Notes: generated by a model from the sequence alone, not told the origin. A DNA stretch of 64,000 bases from Candidatus Helarchaeota archaeon (GCA_019058315.1 JAHPZH010000004.1:352001-416000); one strand, 5' to 3'. Positions 42,746 to 53,328 are shown, counted from the first letter of the stretch. Program-made: numbers and translations.

Positions 42746-43414
42746 CTAAATCTTTGATTGATGTAGTAACCGACTTAGATTTTCTAAGCCTTCCAATTTC
42801 TCGATTTGATTATTATCAACATAAATTCTTTTTAATTGAGAGAGATTCACTAAACCTTCTATTTTTTCAATTTGATTATAACTCAAATACAAGGTTTCTA
42901 AATTAGAGAGATTTTCTAACCCCTCTATTTTTTGAATCCAATTGTGATGAAGAAATAAAAATTTTAATTGGAATAGTTTCTCGAGTCCCTCAATTTTTTG
43001 AATATAATTACCGAGCAAGTCTAAAATTTGTAATTGTGATAGATGTTCCAAACCTTCTATTTTTTTAATTTTATTCCATGCCAAAAATAATTGTCTTAGT
43101 CTTACAAGTTTTTCCAACCCTTCAATTTTACTAATTTGATTATTTTCAAAGTCCAAAATTTCCAATTTCTTAAGATCATCTAGATTTTCTATCTTTCTAA
43201 TTTTATTTTTTATAAAGAAATCTCCACCAATTTTTAAGTATTTTAATTGAGAAAAATTACTAATAATTTTGGGTACTTTTTCCATATCATTGCTATATAA
43301 GGCAAGTTCAATAACTCTTCCTCTCTCATCAATATCATAATCTAGATGCTCAATTTCTTCCCAATCTTCTAACTCCGAAATGCGTTTTTTTTCTAATGGA
43401 TGTTTAATTTCTAT
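42746..43414 (-). CDS. SDS22-type leucine-rich repeat protein
   Basis: 22-aa 'L..L.L..N.I.KIEGL' repeats. Frame extends upstream of 43285 with a cap homologous to the LRR cap of the upstream fusion. Confidence 0.85.
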   Translation of the reverse strand: MEIKHPLEKKRISELEDWEEIEHLDYDIDERGRVIELALYSNDMEKVPKIISNFSQLKYLKIGGDFFIKNKIRKIENLDDLKKLEILDFENNQISKIEGLEKLVRLRQLFLAWNKIKKIEGLEHLSQLQILDLLGNYIQKIEGLEKLFQLKFLFLHHNWIQKIEGLENLSNLETLYLSYNQIEKIEGLVNLSQLKRIYVDNNQIEKLEGLENLSRLLHQSKI

Positions 43415-43416
43415 AA

Positions 43417-46400
43417 TTATACCCCCTGAACCTTAATTTTTTTACAATATTTGATTACAGCATTGACTCCATGATCATAAACAATTTGATCAGATTTTGA
43501 TAAAGGGTTGTTAGATAAATCCAATTTCTTTAAACTTGAAAGGTCTTCTAATCCACTAATATTTTTAATCTGATTTCCATAAACTATAAATTGCTGTAAA
43601 TGTTTTAGATGTCCTAAATTTTCAATAATTTTAATATCATTTTTTCCGAGATTCAATCTTTTTAATTTAAACAACTTATGCAGACCACTAATTTTTGAAA
43701 TTCTATTATTGTGTAAATTTAGCACTTCTAATTTGGTTAGATCATCAAGTTCCTCTATTTTGGAGATTTGATTTAGAGACAAATCTAAAACACGTAAATA
43801 TGAGAAGTTAGAAATTATTTTTGGAATTTTTTCAAGAAAAAGGTTATTTAAATTAAGTCTTACTACATGACCATCATAATCCATCTCATAATCATATGAT
43901 CCTATACGATATTTTGTGATTAATTCCTGAATTATCTCTCCATCTTTAATCTCTTCTATTTCAGGTTTTTCTCCAGGTTTTATTATCTGATTTATTATTT
44001 CAAATTGGTACTGAATTTGTTGTGTTTCTATCCTTCTTTCAAATGAAGCAAAAACACCATATTCGGAATCATTTAATAGATAATTAGCTAAGTTTTTCGC
44101 TTCAAAATCAATAATGTCGGACAAAGGCATTATTTGATGGTCATAGAAGAAAGGAAATGAAAATAATCTATTAAATAATCCATCCAATTTATCATTTTTC
44201 CCTCCCACTATATAAAATACTCTCTCATTCCATTCACTATTTTTCCAATTTATATCAGTTTCGTCGAATTTGCTAGCTCTAAACATTAATAATAAATAAA
44301 AACGAAGTGGAACTCTATAAGCATCCATAAAATCATATATAAGCTCTCTATTCTCTGGACTTTCTATAGGTTTAGATTTTCCCTCTCCATAAGAACGATA
44401 ATGGAGTATTCCTCTTCCTGGCCAATATTTTGAAAATCCAACTTTACCCAAAGCTTCACTAGCTCTTTTTTCTAGATTGAAAAATAAATAATTTAATGCC
44501 ACATTATACCTATCTAGTGCTCGAGCACCATAAAATATAGCTGTAGTGGCATGCCGTTGATATTGACGACTTGAAAATCTATCCTCTGGGGGTAGTGCTT
44601 TTTTAACACCATCCCATGCTTCATCATCGCAATTCGCTTCTATAGATCTTAATTTTCCTATAATCTCATCAAATTTTTTCTCATTATCACCTTGAGATTC
44701 CTTTAAAATTTTCTCTTTAATATAATAAGCTGTTATAGCATAATCTAACTGTCTTAATACAAGCAAATTGACCTTTTTTGGAAAAATTTTATGTTTTTTT
44801 AATTGTAGAGTATAAAAGATACTTGATTTAATCTTACTAATTACCATTTCCCAAGCTATTGGGAATAATTTTCCTTCTTCTCTCGCTTTTTGAATTGCTT
44901 GACGTAATTTATCAGCTTCAGCAGCTTTTTGTTTTTGTATTTCTATTTCATAATCAGAAAGTTTTTCAATTTCAATGTTTAATTTACTAATGAATTCTAG
45001 GTCTTCGTCGAAAATTTCTCCACCCGCAAGTCTTAATTTATACACTTCAAACGTATAATACGAACGACCATCAACTTTGATAATATGTAAATTAAATTGT
45101 TCCCCTCTTTCTAATGACAATTTCTTTCCTGGTCCAAGATGAATTAATTGCTTAGTACCGTAAATAGTAACCGAGTAAATTCCTCTATATTTACTTATTC
45201 TATCGGACCCGATGTTTGTTCCTTTATAGAACACAAATCCTCCTTTTTTATACCTAATTAGAACCTCACAGTTATTGCAAATATACATTTTATTCTTTGT
45301 AGGCATTCTTAGAGTCCCTGATTTACGACAATTGGGACATATGATTTTATCTTGTTCATCCTTGTTGAATTTATTAAAAGGATGATAATTTCGGGATTTA
45401 TATTTGAAATGAATACAAGCAGGTTCATTTTTTAACCGTCTCTTTTGTTTTTTTCGACAACAAGATTTGGGACCATCTTCCCTAACTTTTATGGAATTTG
45501 CGATAAAAAATTCACATTCTTGGCAAAAAATCCGTTCTTTCTCCTCAGGTTTCATTCCTGCTAAATAATAACGCTTAGACGGACGCCCCTTTATTATCAG
45601 GTCAAACGAAAATTCCAAATCTTTACTAATTTTGTCCAATTGATACCAAATAGCAGATTTCTTAATATTATTATATTTACGCTTTAATATATGATGTAAT
45701 TCTTTTATTGTCGCCCCTTTTTTTCCACTATTTCCCAATTCTTCTTTTATAGAATCCAGATATATCGAACTTCCATGTTTCTTCCTACGTGTGCGTTTAG
45801 AAACATGAAAATGAATTGTGTCTTTATCATCATTATATCGTTCAATTATATATCTAATCCGCCAAAATATTGGTTTATTTTCTTTTAAATTTAATATTTT
45901 CTTCTCGTCTATATCATGATAGTTTTTTCTCCCTAGGGCAATAGAATGAAATAATCTAGCAGCCTTAATAACATACGTTGAACAGAAAAACCATATTCCA
46001 GTTTTTCTACAAACTTCTACATCTCCCCCAAAATACTTATTTTTTTTAATAAATTTTTTATTTTTTAGTTTATTTTGAGAATATTTTTGGATTATTATTT
46101 TATATTTATTATTCTCTCGTTCAATATACTCTTGTGAAATTACACCCTTATATTGTGAAATTATTTCTTCCGCATGAGATTCACCAATTATTTCACCAAT
46201 TCTAAGTATGATCTCCTTACTCTTGGGTTTTTCATTTTGGTTAAAAAAGTCTAAAATTTGCATAAACGCTTTTCTATTTAGCTGAGTCTCTACAAGGCCC
46301 TCCCCTAGATAAGTTAGAGCATATTTTTTCTTAACATCCCGAATTAAATTCCTATTTTTTTTCATCAGTTCTTTATTCTTTACTGGAACTAGATCGGGCA

Positions 46401-47835
46401 TCAAGGATTTTAAAATCAGATCAAGGGGTTTTACATCGATACAGAAAGTTATTGATAATATGAAAGGCACTCGAAACATATATTCTACAAATTTATCGGG
46501 ATGCAAGACTTTCTCAAGATGCTCCATAATCTGAGCTTTTGAACGCTGACGTAAAAATAAATATTCAAGAATAATTTTTGGCAAATCTTTAATCGTTATT
46601 TGGCTATTTATTGCTTCTAGTGTATAACCCCGGAAAATTGTTTTATTTTTATCTAGAAATTTGACACTCTTTTTAAAGTCCTGATAATCTCTATAATACA
46701 TTAAATGAACTATTGTACCTAATAATTCTCTACATCTACCAATTATTTGTTCAAGCTCAATTTTTGAATATTTTTCAGGATCAGCTATAATTATTTCTTC
46801 AATATCCTTTACATCTACACCAGCTTCTAAAATGGGGCTACAACTCAAAATTTTGATTTTACCTGAATTAAAACTATCGAAAATTTGCTTTTTTTCATAA
46901 GTCGCAAGCCCTGCATGAATAAATCCGAAGATTTCAATATTATAACCTTTAAATTTTTCTTTGAGATGGTCTGAAATTTCCTGAGCTTTTTCTCTTGATT
47001 TGATAAAAATTAATAATTTAGCTTTTATTACTTCTCTATATTTTCTTAAGAAATTCCTGACTAATCCTGTAATTTCATCAAGTGGGGGATCACTTGCTTT
47101 TTGATGTAATTCAAATTTGAATTTGCGATTAGATGGATAGTAAAGTAATTCTGAACCAAATCTTTCCGACCAATATTCAGCAGATTCACGGTCAAATGTT
47201 CCAGTTAGAAAGCAAAAAAGAGGTCTGCTTTTCTTATTATCGAAATATTCAAATTTTAACTTATAAATCATGGTCTCTAATTTCATTCCCCTAGAAGGGT
47301 CTCTAATAGTATGGATTTCATCTACTATTATTGCTCCAAAAATGTCTTTTCTGTCAAACAACTCATATTTTTGAATTCGAAATAAAAAAGCTCGAAACGC
47401 TTCATAAGTACAAAGGAGAACTACTCGCCGATCTCTTTCTTTAGGTTTTTTCTTACTTTTACGGTCTTGTTGCCCTTTCTTCATTTTTGGTCTTAATTCT
47501 AATAGGTCTGGTCTTGATTCACCGACTAGTTTTAATATTTTAACCTTACTCCCAAAAAACCACCTTAACTCCTTTTCCTTTTGATATACCAACGTAGTAG
47601 TTGGTTCGAGTATAACACCTATTTTTCCTTCATCTGTTCCGACATAAAGGCCAATAAAAGCAACCCAAGTCTTTCCAGAATTTGTTGGGGCACAAAGAAA
47701 TATACTTATACCAGACAATAATTTATAAATCGCCAATTTTTGACTTTCAAATAAATCTGCAGTTGTAACACCATTTCTACGTGCGAATTGATCAAGTAGA
47801 TAAAGTAATTCGCTTCTATTTTTTAATAAAGCTAT
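43417..47835 (-). CDS. cas1: SF2 (Ski2/Hel308-like) helicase - HTH - Cys clusters - Cas1 - LRR fusion
   Basis: Helicase: Q motif LFESQ, APTNSGKT, DEIH, TGT, IFIKSR, HAGL, LEAGVD, QIIGR. Cas1: 'LRSIEA', 'DRYNVALNYLF', 'GILH', 'LIYDFMDAYR'. C-terminal SDS22 LRRs. Confidence 0.8.
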   Translation of the reverse strand: MALLKNRSELLYLLDQFARRNGVTTADLFESQKLAIYKLLSGISIFLCAPTNSGKTWVAFIGLYVGTDEGKIGVILEPTTTLVYQKEKELRWFFGSKVKILKLVGESRPDLLELRPKMKKGQQDRKSKKKPKERDRRVVLLCTYEAFRAFLFRIQKYELFDRKDIFGAIIVDEIHTIRDPSRGMKLETMIYKLKFEYFDNKKSRPLFCFLTGTFDRESAEYWSERFGSELLYYPSNRKFKFELHQKASDPPLDEITGLVRNFLRKYREVIKAKLLIFIKSREKAQEISDHLKEKFKGYNIEIFGFIHAGLATYEKKQIFDSFNSGKIKILSCSPILEAGVDVKDIEEIIIADPEKYSKIELEQIIGRCRELLGTIVHLMYYRDYQDFKKSVKFLDKNKTIFRGYTLEAINSQITIKDLPKIILEYLFLRQRSKAQIMEHLEKVLHPDKFVEYMFRVPFILSITFCIDVKPLDLILKSLMPDLVPVKNKELMKKNRNLIRDVKKKYALTYLGEGLVETQLNRKAFMQILDFFNQNEKPKSKEIILRIGEIIGESHAEEIISQYKGVISQEYIERENNKYKIIIQKYSQNKLKNKKFIKKNKYFGGDVEVCRKTGIWFFCSTYVIKAARLFHSIALGRKNYHDIDEKKILNLKENKPIFWRIRYIIERYNDDKDTIHFHVSKRTRRKKHGSSIYLDSIKEELGNSGKKGATIKELHHILKRKYNNIKKSAIWYQLDKISKDLEFSFDLIIKGRPSKRYYLAGMKPEEKERIFCQECEFFIANSIKVREDGPKSCCRKKQKRRLKNEPACIHFKYKSRNYHPFNKFNKDEQDKIICPNCRKSGTLRMPTKNKMYICNNCEVLIRYKKGGFVFYKGTNIGSDRISKYRGIYSVTIYGTKQLIHLGPGKKLSLERGEQFNLHIIKVDGRSYYTFEVYKLRLAGGEIFDEDLEFISKLNIEIEKLSDYEIEIQKQKAAEADKLRQAIQKAREEGKLFPIAWEMVISKIKSSIFYTLQLKKHKIFPKKVNLLVLRQLDYAITAYYIKEKILKESQGDNEKKFDEIIGKLRSIEANCDDEAWDGVKKALPPEDRFSSRQYQRHATTAIFYGARALDRYNVALNYLFFNLEKRASEALGKVGFSKYWPGRGILHYRSYGEGKSKPIESPENRELIYDFMDAYRVPLRFYLLLMFRASKFDETDINWKNSEWNERVFYIVGGKNDKLDGLFNRLFSFPFFYDHQIMPLSDIIDFEAKNLANYLLNDSEYGVFASFERRIETQQIQYQFEIINQIIKPGEKPEIEEIKDGEIIQELITKYRIGSYDYEMDYDGHVVRLNLNNLFLEKIPKIISNFSYLRVLDLSLNQISKIEELDDLTKLEVLNLHNNRISKISGLHKLFKLKRLNLGKNDIKIIENLGHLKHLQQFIVYGNQIKNISGLEDLSSLKKLDLSNNPLSKSDQIVYDHGVNAVIKYCKKIKVQGV

Positions 47836-48073
47836 TCCTTCCTATTATCGAATTACAAAACTTATAATGATTAATATCAAATGAATTTAAAATTTACTAA
47901 GAATTTTTTGAAAAAAAAATAATTTTTTAATAAATAAAAATTTTTAAAGGTATGAAATGCAATTGTTATAAGAACAAAGAGGAGTTTTTATTCTAAAATA
48001 AAAGTTCTTTACATAAAGTTTAGTTAAATTGTTAATTCTCTTCGAATAAATATTAGTTTAGGGAGAAAATATA

Positions 48074-48181
48074 ATGAAAAAAATCCGTAAAATTGGCGTT
48101 GGGGTTAGTATCACATTAATTTTTAGTATATTAATTGGGCTTACCATTTATTTTACTTCTGGGAATATATGTAAAATATAG
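48074..48181 (+). pseudogene. short signal/anchor-like ORF (35 aa), probable gene remnant
   Basis: MKKIRKIGVGVSITLIFSILIGLTIYFTSGNICKI* with GGGAG RBS. Confidence 0.35.
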
Positions 48182-48199
48182 AGGAGTTTTATATTAATT

Positions 48200-50590
48200 A
48201 TGAGAAATAACATTAAAAAAAAGCGCTTCTTAACAATATTTCTAGTTTTTATTATATTTTCCTTTATCATTTTTGAATTTTCACCAAAAAAATATTTTCA
48301 ATTCAATTCATTTAATGATAGGGGTCAAAAAAACCATTTTATTATACCTATAACAGATTTACAGGATTTTTTTGAGTTAGATACCAATTCATATATTTGG
48401 ACACAAACACAAGTTGTTTCCATTGAAAGCTCTGATAGTATACTTGATTTATCATTATTTATAGACGATTCTGACATTTTACATCTCGCTTGGAGTGATT
48501 ATACAGATTATCAAGGATCAGGAGAAGATGCGGATTATCTTTATAAAAGTTGTAATAGTACTTCAGGAATTTGGACACCAGCTGAGGTAATTTCCACAGA
48601 AAGTGCAAACCGTTCTCACTTTGGAAATATTGATGTAGATAAATTTGGTAATATAAATATTGCTTGGTGTGATATTACTGATTACGGGGGTGCAGGAATA
48701 GATTATGATATATTTTATAAATATAAAGACGCTAACACAGGTCTTTGGACTATTACTGAGGTTATTACCTCAGGGGCTGTTAATTCATCTGCCGATCCAG
48801 AAATTCGATCAGATAATTTTGGAAACTTGCATATGGTATGGTATGATTCTACAGACTATGGAGGAACTGGTTCAGATATTGATATCTTCTATAAATTTCG
48901 CAATCACACTACTGGTACGTGGTCTATAATTGAACTAGTTTCAACAAATACCACAGAAAATTCCATGTGGCCCGATATGACTTTAGATGAATTTGGAAAT
49001 GTTCATGTAGTTTGGGAAGAATGGAACAGTTCTGGACTTGAATATAATATTTTTTATAAAATGCGCAATTTTACAACAGGAAATTGGACAAAAATTGAGG
49101 AAGTTTCAACAGAAAGTTCTGATTTTTCCGAAGCTCCTGCTATATCAGTTGATTCTTCTGGTAATATACATGTTGTTTGGAGAGATAAAATGGATTATAT
49201 GGGTGCTGGTATAGATGAGGATATATTCTATAAGCAAAAGTATACAAACAATAATAGTTGGTCTGCTGCTGTATTAGTTTCTGATGGGTGTAATAAAGTT
49301 TCTAGTTCTCCTGAAATCTTTATGGGTAATGATGGAAAATTACATTTTGTATGGAGAGATGATACTGAATATAATGGAGCAGGAGGAGATTGTGATATCT
49401 TCTATAAATGTTTAGATTTAAATAATAATGAGTGGTCGACGAAAGAAGTGGTTTCCACTGAAAGTACTGCCAGCTCCTCATATCCAAAGCTCGCTGTAGA
49501 TGGTTTGGGAGTAATTCATGTAGTTTGGTTGGATGGCACGAATTATAATGGTTCAGGTGCGGATTCTGATGTCTTTTATAAGAAAAAAATTAAATTTACC
49601 CCACAAAATAATGAAGATCCAGATTATAGTCTCCCATTTTATACAACACCACCAACTTATAGATTTTGGCCTTATTTAATTTTAATGTTTATCGTTTTAT
49701 TGATCCCCTTACCTTTTATGATATATAAAAAATATTCTTCCAAATCCTCTCAACTGATTTTTGATAAAACATCACCTGAACAAAGAACATTATTTAGATC
49801 AAAATTAGATAGTTATCCATTATATAGAGAGGAATTACCATTTGAACAATTTGAAAAAACCTATGAAAAAGATAAAGTAAAGCATATAGATAGAAAATCA
49901 ATTGATTACTCAATAAAGGTTAAAAAAACTGAAACTAAAAAATCATTAGTTCCACGTTCGCCAAGGGTTTCACCACTAAGCTCGAAATTAAAGAGATATT
50001 CAATGTACAAAGAAGATGTTCCCTTTGAAAAATTAAAAAAAGCCTATTTAGAAAATAAAGCAAATGATCTTGACAAAAAATCTATTGAAGAATCAATAAC
50101 AGATAAAAAAATTAAAACCGAAAAACCATTAATTTCACATTCATTAGAAGAACAAAGCTCTCTTATTCTAGCCCTCAAGGATGAGAATATTTTTATACGT
50201 ATTAATGCTGCTAAAGAGCTCGGAAAATTTAATGATATAAAATCAAGTTACGTACTAATTAATGCCTTTAAAAACAACATTGAAAATAAAGAAGTTCAAA
50301 ATGCGGTGGAGTTATCTCTAATAAAAATTGGCGAAACAGCAGTAAAGCCATTACTTGATTTAATCAAAGGTTTGGAAATAAGCCTATTAACTAGCTCCTT
50401 TTTTAGAACAGATTTGTTATTTTTCGTTTTTAGAGTATTAAAAACAATTGCTACTAATAAAGTAGGGAAAAAAGCTGTAGACAAAATCCCGTTTAGAGAT
50501 GAACATCTTTATATTTCACGATTTCATCAATTAGCTCATAGAGCTAGATTATTTGCAGAAATAATAATTGGTAAATCAAAAAATTCGTGA
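48200..50590 (+). CDS. single-pass membrane protein: extracellular 7-blade beta-propeller, cytoplasmic repeat, HEAT repeats
   Basis: Signal peptide; seven 'IHVVW.D...DIFYK' units; TM helix; two SKL..Y..Y.E..PFE repeats; 'RINAAKELG' HEAT. Confidence 0.75.
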   Translation: MRNNIKKKRFLTIFLVFIIFSFIIFEFSPKKYFQFNSFNDRGQKNHFIIPITDLQDFFELDTNSYIWTQTQVVSIESSDSILDLSLFIDDSDILHLAWSDYTDYQGSGEDADYLYKSCNSTSGIWTPAEVISTESANRSHFGNIDVDKFGNINIAWCDITDYGGAGIDYDIFYKYKDANTGLWTITEVITSGAVNSSADPEIRSDNFGNLHMVWYDSTDYGGTGSDIDIFYKFRNHTTGTWSIIELVSTNTTENSMWPDMTLDEFGNVHVVWEEWNSSGLEYNIFYKMRNFTTGNWTKIEEVSTESSDFSEAPAISVDSSGNIHVVWRDKMDYMGAGIDEDIFYKQKYTNNNSWSAAVLVSDGCNKVSSSPEIFMGNDGKLHFVWRDDTEYNGAGGDCDIFYKCLDLNNNEWSTKEVVSTESTASSSYPKLAVDGLGVIHVVWLDGTNYNGSGADSDVFYKKKIKFTPQNNEDPDYSLPFYTTPPTYRFWPYLILMFIVLLIPLPFMIYKKYSSKSSQLIFDKTSPEQRTLFRSKLDSYPLYREELPFEQFEKTYEKDKVKHIDRKSIDYSIKVKKTETKKSLVPRSPRVSPLSSKLKRYSMYKEDVPFEKLKKAYLENKANDLDKKSIEESITDKKIKTEKPLISHSLEEQSSLILALKDENIFIRINAAKELGKFNDIKSSYVLINAFKNNIENKEVQNAVELSLIKIGETAVKPLLDLIKGLEISLLTSSFFRTDLLFFVFRVLKTIATNKVGKKAVDKIPFRDEHLYISRFHQLAHRARLFAEIIIGKSKNS

Positions 50591-50615
50591 TTAAATTATC
50601 TTTGAAAGATATAAA

Positions 50616-50830
50616 TTCAAAAAAATGATGCCTTTTTCTAAACACTTTTCAAAAAATCGATATTATAAAAAATTGATCAAAAAGGAGTTTATTGATCAAA
50701 AAAAATTCTATGCAGTTTTCTAAACGCTTTTTAAAAAATTGTATTTTACTAGGTGATTTTTGATCAAAAAAATTTCTATGCAGTCTTCTAAACGATTTTC
50801 GAAAAATTGAACTTTTCAGGATCAAAAAAA
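50616..50830. repeat. degenerate ~68-bp tandem repeat (about 3 units) with TTGATCAA palindromes
   Basis: ttgatcaaaaaaa.ttctatgcagt.ttctaaacg.tttt..aaaaattg at 50692 and 50760; a more degenerate unit near 50616. Confidence 0.7.
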
Positions 50831-51685
50831 ATTTTCATTTTTACTGAAATCAAAGAGATCCCTTAACTATAAGAATTGAGATAAATTATAAAAATTTGTA
50901 ATTAAATAACCTGATTTAAGTGGAAAATAGAATAAAAAAATTAGTTATTGAATAAGTATAAGTTTCTTAATTTCATTTACTAAATTTAAAATTTTTAATT
51001 TATTACAATGTTATGTTGTTTAACGCTGAAAAAAATGAGAGTTTCTACAAAAATATAGTTAAGTTAATCTTTGGATTTGAAAGAAGAATTTTAAAGAGTT
51101 ATAATTGAATCGCTATTAATTCTAAACATTAAATTGGAAAATATTTTTTAAATTTAAAGATGGAATAATGTTTTTCGATATTTATGTTCATAAGAAAGCT
51201 TCTTAATGATATTAAATTTAAAAACAATAAATAACTCTTAATTATTTTGTAAACTAAGTATATTTTTCTAATTTTATAATTTAAGCTAAAAAATTTTCAA
51301 ACTTCTAAATTCATTTAAATTAAATTTTAATTTTTATATTAGAAAGCTTATACAGCTAAAATTTTAATCAAAATTAAATAAACTCTTTTTAAATTAATTG
51401 GCTTATTAAATTTGTGATTGCTTAATAATAATTCAAATTAAAGTATATACCAGAATACTTAATTATAATTTAAGAAAATTTATATAAAATTTTCGTTTAA
51501 TTTGAATAAAGTCGATAATAATCAGCCTTGATATCCTCATTCGATGAAAAAATTTATTTAATAAATTTTTCTTTTTTTACTAAGAAATTTTTAAATTAAT
51601 GATAAAAACTTCTTTTTAATAAAATTTTAAAGATATTAAAATTGTTATCTTTTCTATTTTCTGCCCAAATTCCTACCCGAACCGT

Positions 51686-51731
51686 CTAAATAACCAGTTT
51701 TAGGGGTGTTTAAATATAGAATTAACAGTTA
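51686..51731 (+). promoter_or_regulatory. putative promoter/operator of the RAMP operon
   Basis: TTTAAATA box plus TAACaGTTA palindrome; 41/46 identical to 54052-54097 and 60361-60406. Confidence 0.7.
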
Positions 51732-51773
51732 TATAATAAATAAAAGTTTCAAAAAAAAAGAGGTTGAAAGAAT

Positions 51774-52619
51774 TTGAAAACAATAAATGTGGTTTTTTTA
51801 TGTGAATCAATAACAACAAGACAAGATCTCTTTGTCACCTTTGGAAATAGTCATGGAATCTTTGATCAAAAAAAGTTATCGGGGTATACTAAACTTGGTC
51901 GCATACCTGGTAAGACCTTGAAAGGTTGGTTAAGACATGGAATGGAAAAACTATTGTTGAAAATGGGAATATCTATTTGTCATCCTCTACCTGCAAATAC
52001 GATAACAAACGAGAGGAATAAAAAATATTATAAAGAAGATATGGCAATCGGTTACCATCCACGAGGAGAATGTGAAAAACAAGGCGGATGTCCGATATAT
52101 AATATGTTTGGGGATTTAGATAAACCAAGTAATTTAATTGTTCCCAGTGTTTATTTTTATCCTTCAGTTGGAGGCGGAACAATGGCAGCTAATATTAATA
52201 AAATTTTTGGATCTGTCGGAAGAGGAAGAATTGAAATTGACCATGAAAGTCCTAGAAAACGATCAAATAGTTTTCAAACATATATGAGCAACGAAACAAT
52301 TGTAGGAACTTATATTGAGGCACCTTGGAATCTTGTAATTCGAGAAGATAACGAACTTCATGAAATTTTAATTTTAAAAACTTTGGAATATCTCTTCGAA
52401 AAAAACACAAATTCCGATATGACATTTATGGTAGGCGGACAACGAACTGCTGGATGTGGAAGAGCTGTTGCGGTTAAATTAAATGATAGCGGAAATTATT
52501 TGATAAAAAATAGAAATTCCCTTGGTATAAAGCAAGAAAAAGTGGAGTTAATTAATGGAAAATTCGATGATTTCATGAAGGAGTTAAAAAAGAAATTTCC
52601 TATAAAGGCGGTAAAATAA
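51774..52619 (+). CDS. cas7: Cas7-like RAMP (HRAMP/Asgard-RAMP type)
   Basis: RIPGKTLKGWLRH, Cys/His insert ICHP..YHPRGEC....CPIYNMFG, G-rich loop VGGQRTAGCG. Confidence 0.85.
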   Translation: MKTINVVFLCESITTRQDLFVTFGNSHGIFDQKKLSGYTKLGRIPGKTLKGWLRHGMEKLLLKMGISICHPLPANTITNERNKKYYKEDMAIGYHPRGECEKQGGCPIYNMFGDLDKPSNLIVPSVYFYPSVGGGTMAANINKIFGSVGRGRIEIDHESPRKRSNSFQTYMSNETIVGTYIEAPWNLVIREDNELHEILILKTLEYLFEKNTNSDMTFMVGGQRTAGCGRAVAVKLNDSGNYLIKNRNSLGIKQEKVELINGKFDDFMKELKKKFPIKAVK

Positions 52620-52620
52620 A

Positions 52621-53328
52621 TTGGAATACAAAGTTTTAAGATTGCTCTTTGGATTCTTAAGCGAATATGTGGGAAATCCGCTCTATATCTCTGGAAATGC
52701 AATTCGCCATGCTTTTCATAAAAAAATTAATACATCGGTTGGATGTTTTACAGAATTAAGACGATTGGATGCAATAAATAGCTATGAAGCTTTTATTAAA
52801 ATCAGAATAGAGAAGCCTTTTTTAATACCTCACACTCAATCTTTTTTTTCTAAGATTGAAAGGAAGAAAAAACATCTAATTTATTTCACACCTACTTCAA
52901 TAACCTTCGATATTATTAATCCTCCTGAGAATCTTATTAATTTTATTAAAAATTTGAATATAATTCAGTTGGGTGGTTTAAGAAATGAAGGTTTTGGAGC
53001 TGTTGAACTTCTTGATCATCTACTTATTGATTTAAAAAAAATTGAATATCCTGATATTGGGACACATGTAACTCTTATATCACCAATATTATATGTTCCA
53101 AAATTTCTTGAAACTTATCAGTGTCGTCAGGAATATGTAATTTTTTGGAATAATAGTAAAAAAAATCGGATAAAAATAATCTCACCTGGACAATTTTTCA
53201 GAATAAAAAAGAATAAAAACATAAAAAAAATTGCAGAAAAAGGGATCTTACGCAAGGTTTTATTTGGTCAGTTCGGGTTTGGTGAATTCTTTGTTAATAA
53301 TTGGCCAAAGGAGGAGGAAAATGAATAA
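52621..53328 (+). CDS. cas5: Cas5-group RAMP with two G-rich loops
   Basis: YISGNAIRHA, QLGGLRNEGFG, LISP, C-terminal GQFGFGEF; 1-nt gap after cas7. Confidence 0.7.
   Translation: MEYKVLRLLFGFLSEYVGNPLYISGNAIRHAFHKKINTSVGCFTELRRLDAINSYEAFIKIRIEKPFLIPHTQSFFSKIERKKKHLIYFTPTSITFDIINPPENLINFIKNLNIIQLGGLRNEGFGAVELLDHLLIDLKKIEYPDIGTHVTLISPILYVPKFLETYQCRQEYVIFWNNSKKNRIKIISPGQFFRIKKNKNIKKIAEKGILRKVLFGQFGFGEFFVNNWPKEEENE

Noticed and set aside
43417-47835. Calling the helicase Cas3
   Set aside because: No HD domain; motifs (HAGL, LEAGVD, T.LG wing) are Ski2/Hel308-like.
42600-48200. Classical casposon around cas1
   Set aside because: No PolB gene, and no terminal inverted repeats or TSD found by eye; a computational search is still warranted.
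50590-51774. CRISPR array or leader upstream of cas7
   Set aside because: Only a degenerate tandem repeat with long similar units; no regular 25-40 nt repeat with unique spacers was seen here or elsewhere in the window.
53231-53320. ORF-track start of orf3 at 53231
   Set aside because: Overlaps cas5 by ~100 nt; the ATG at 53321 has a strong GGAGGAGG RBS.
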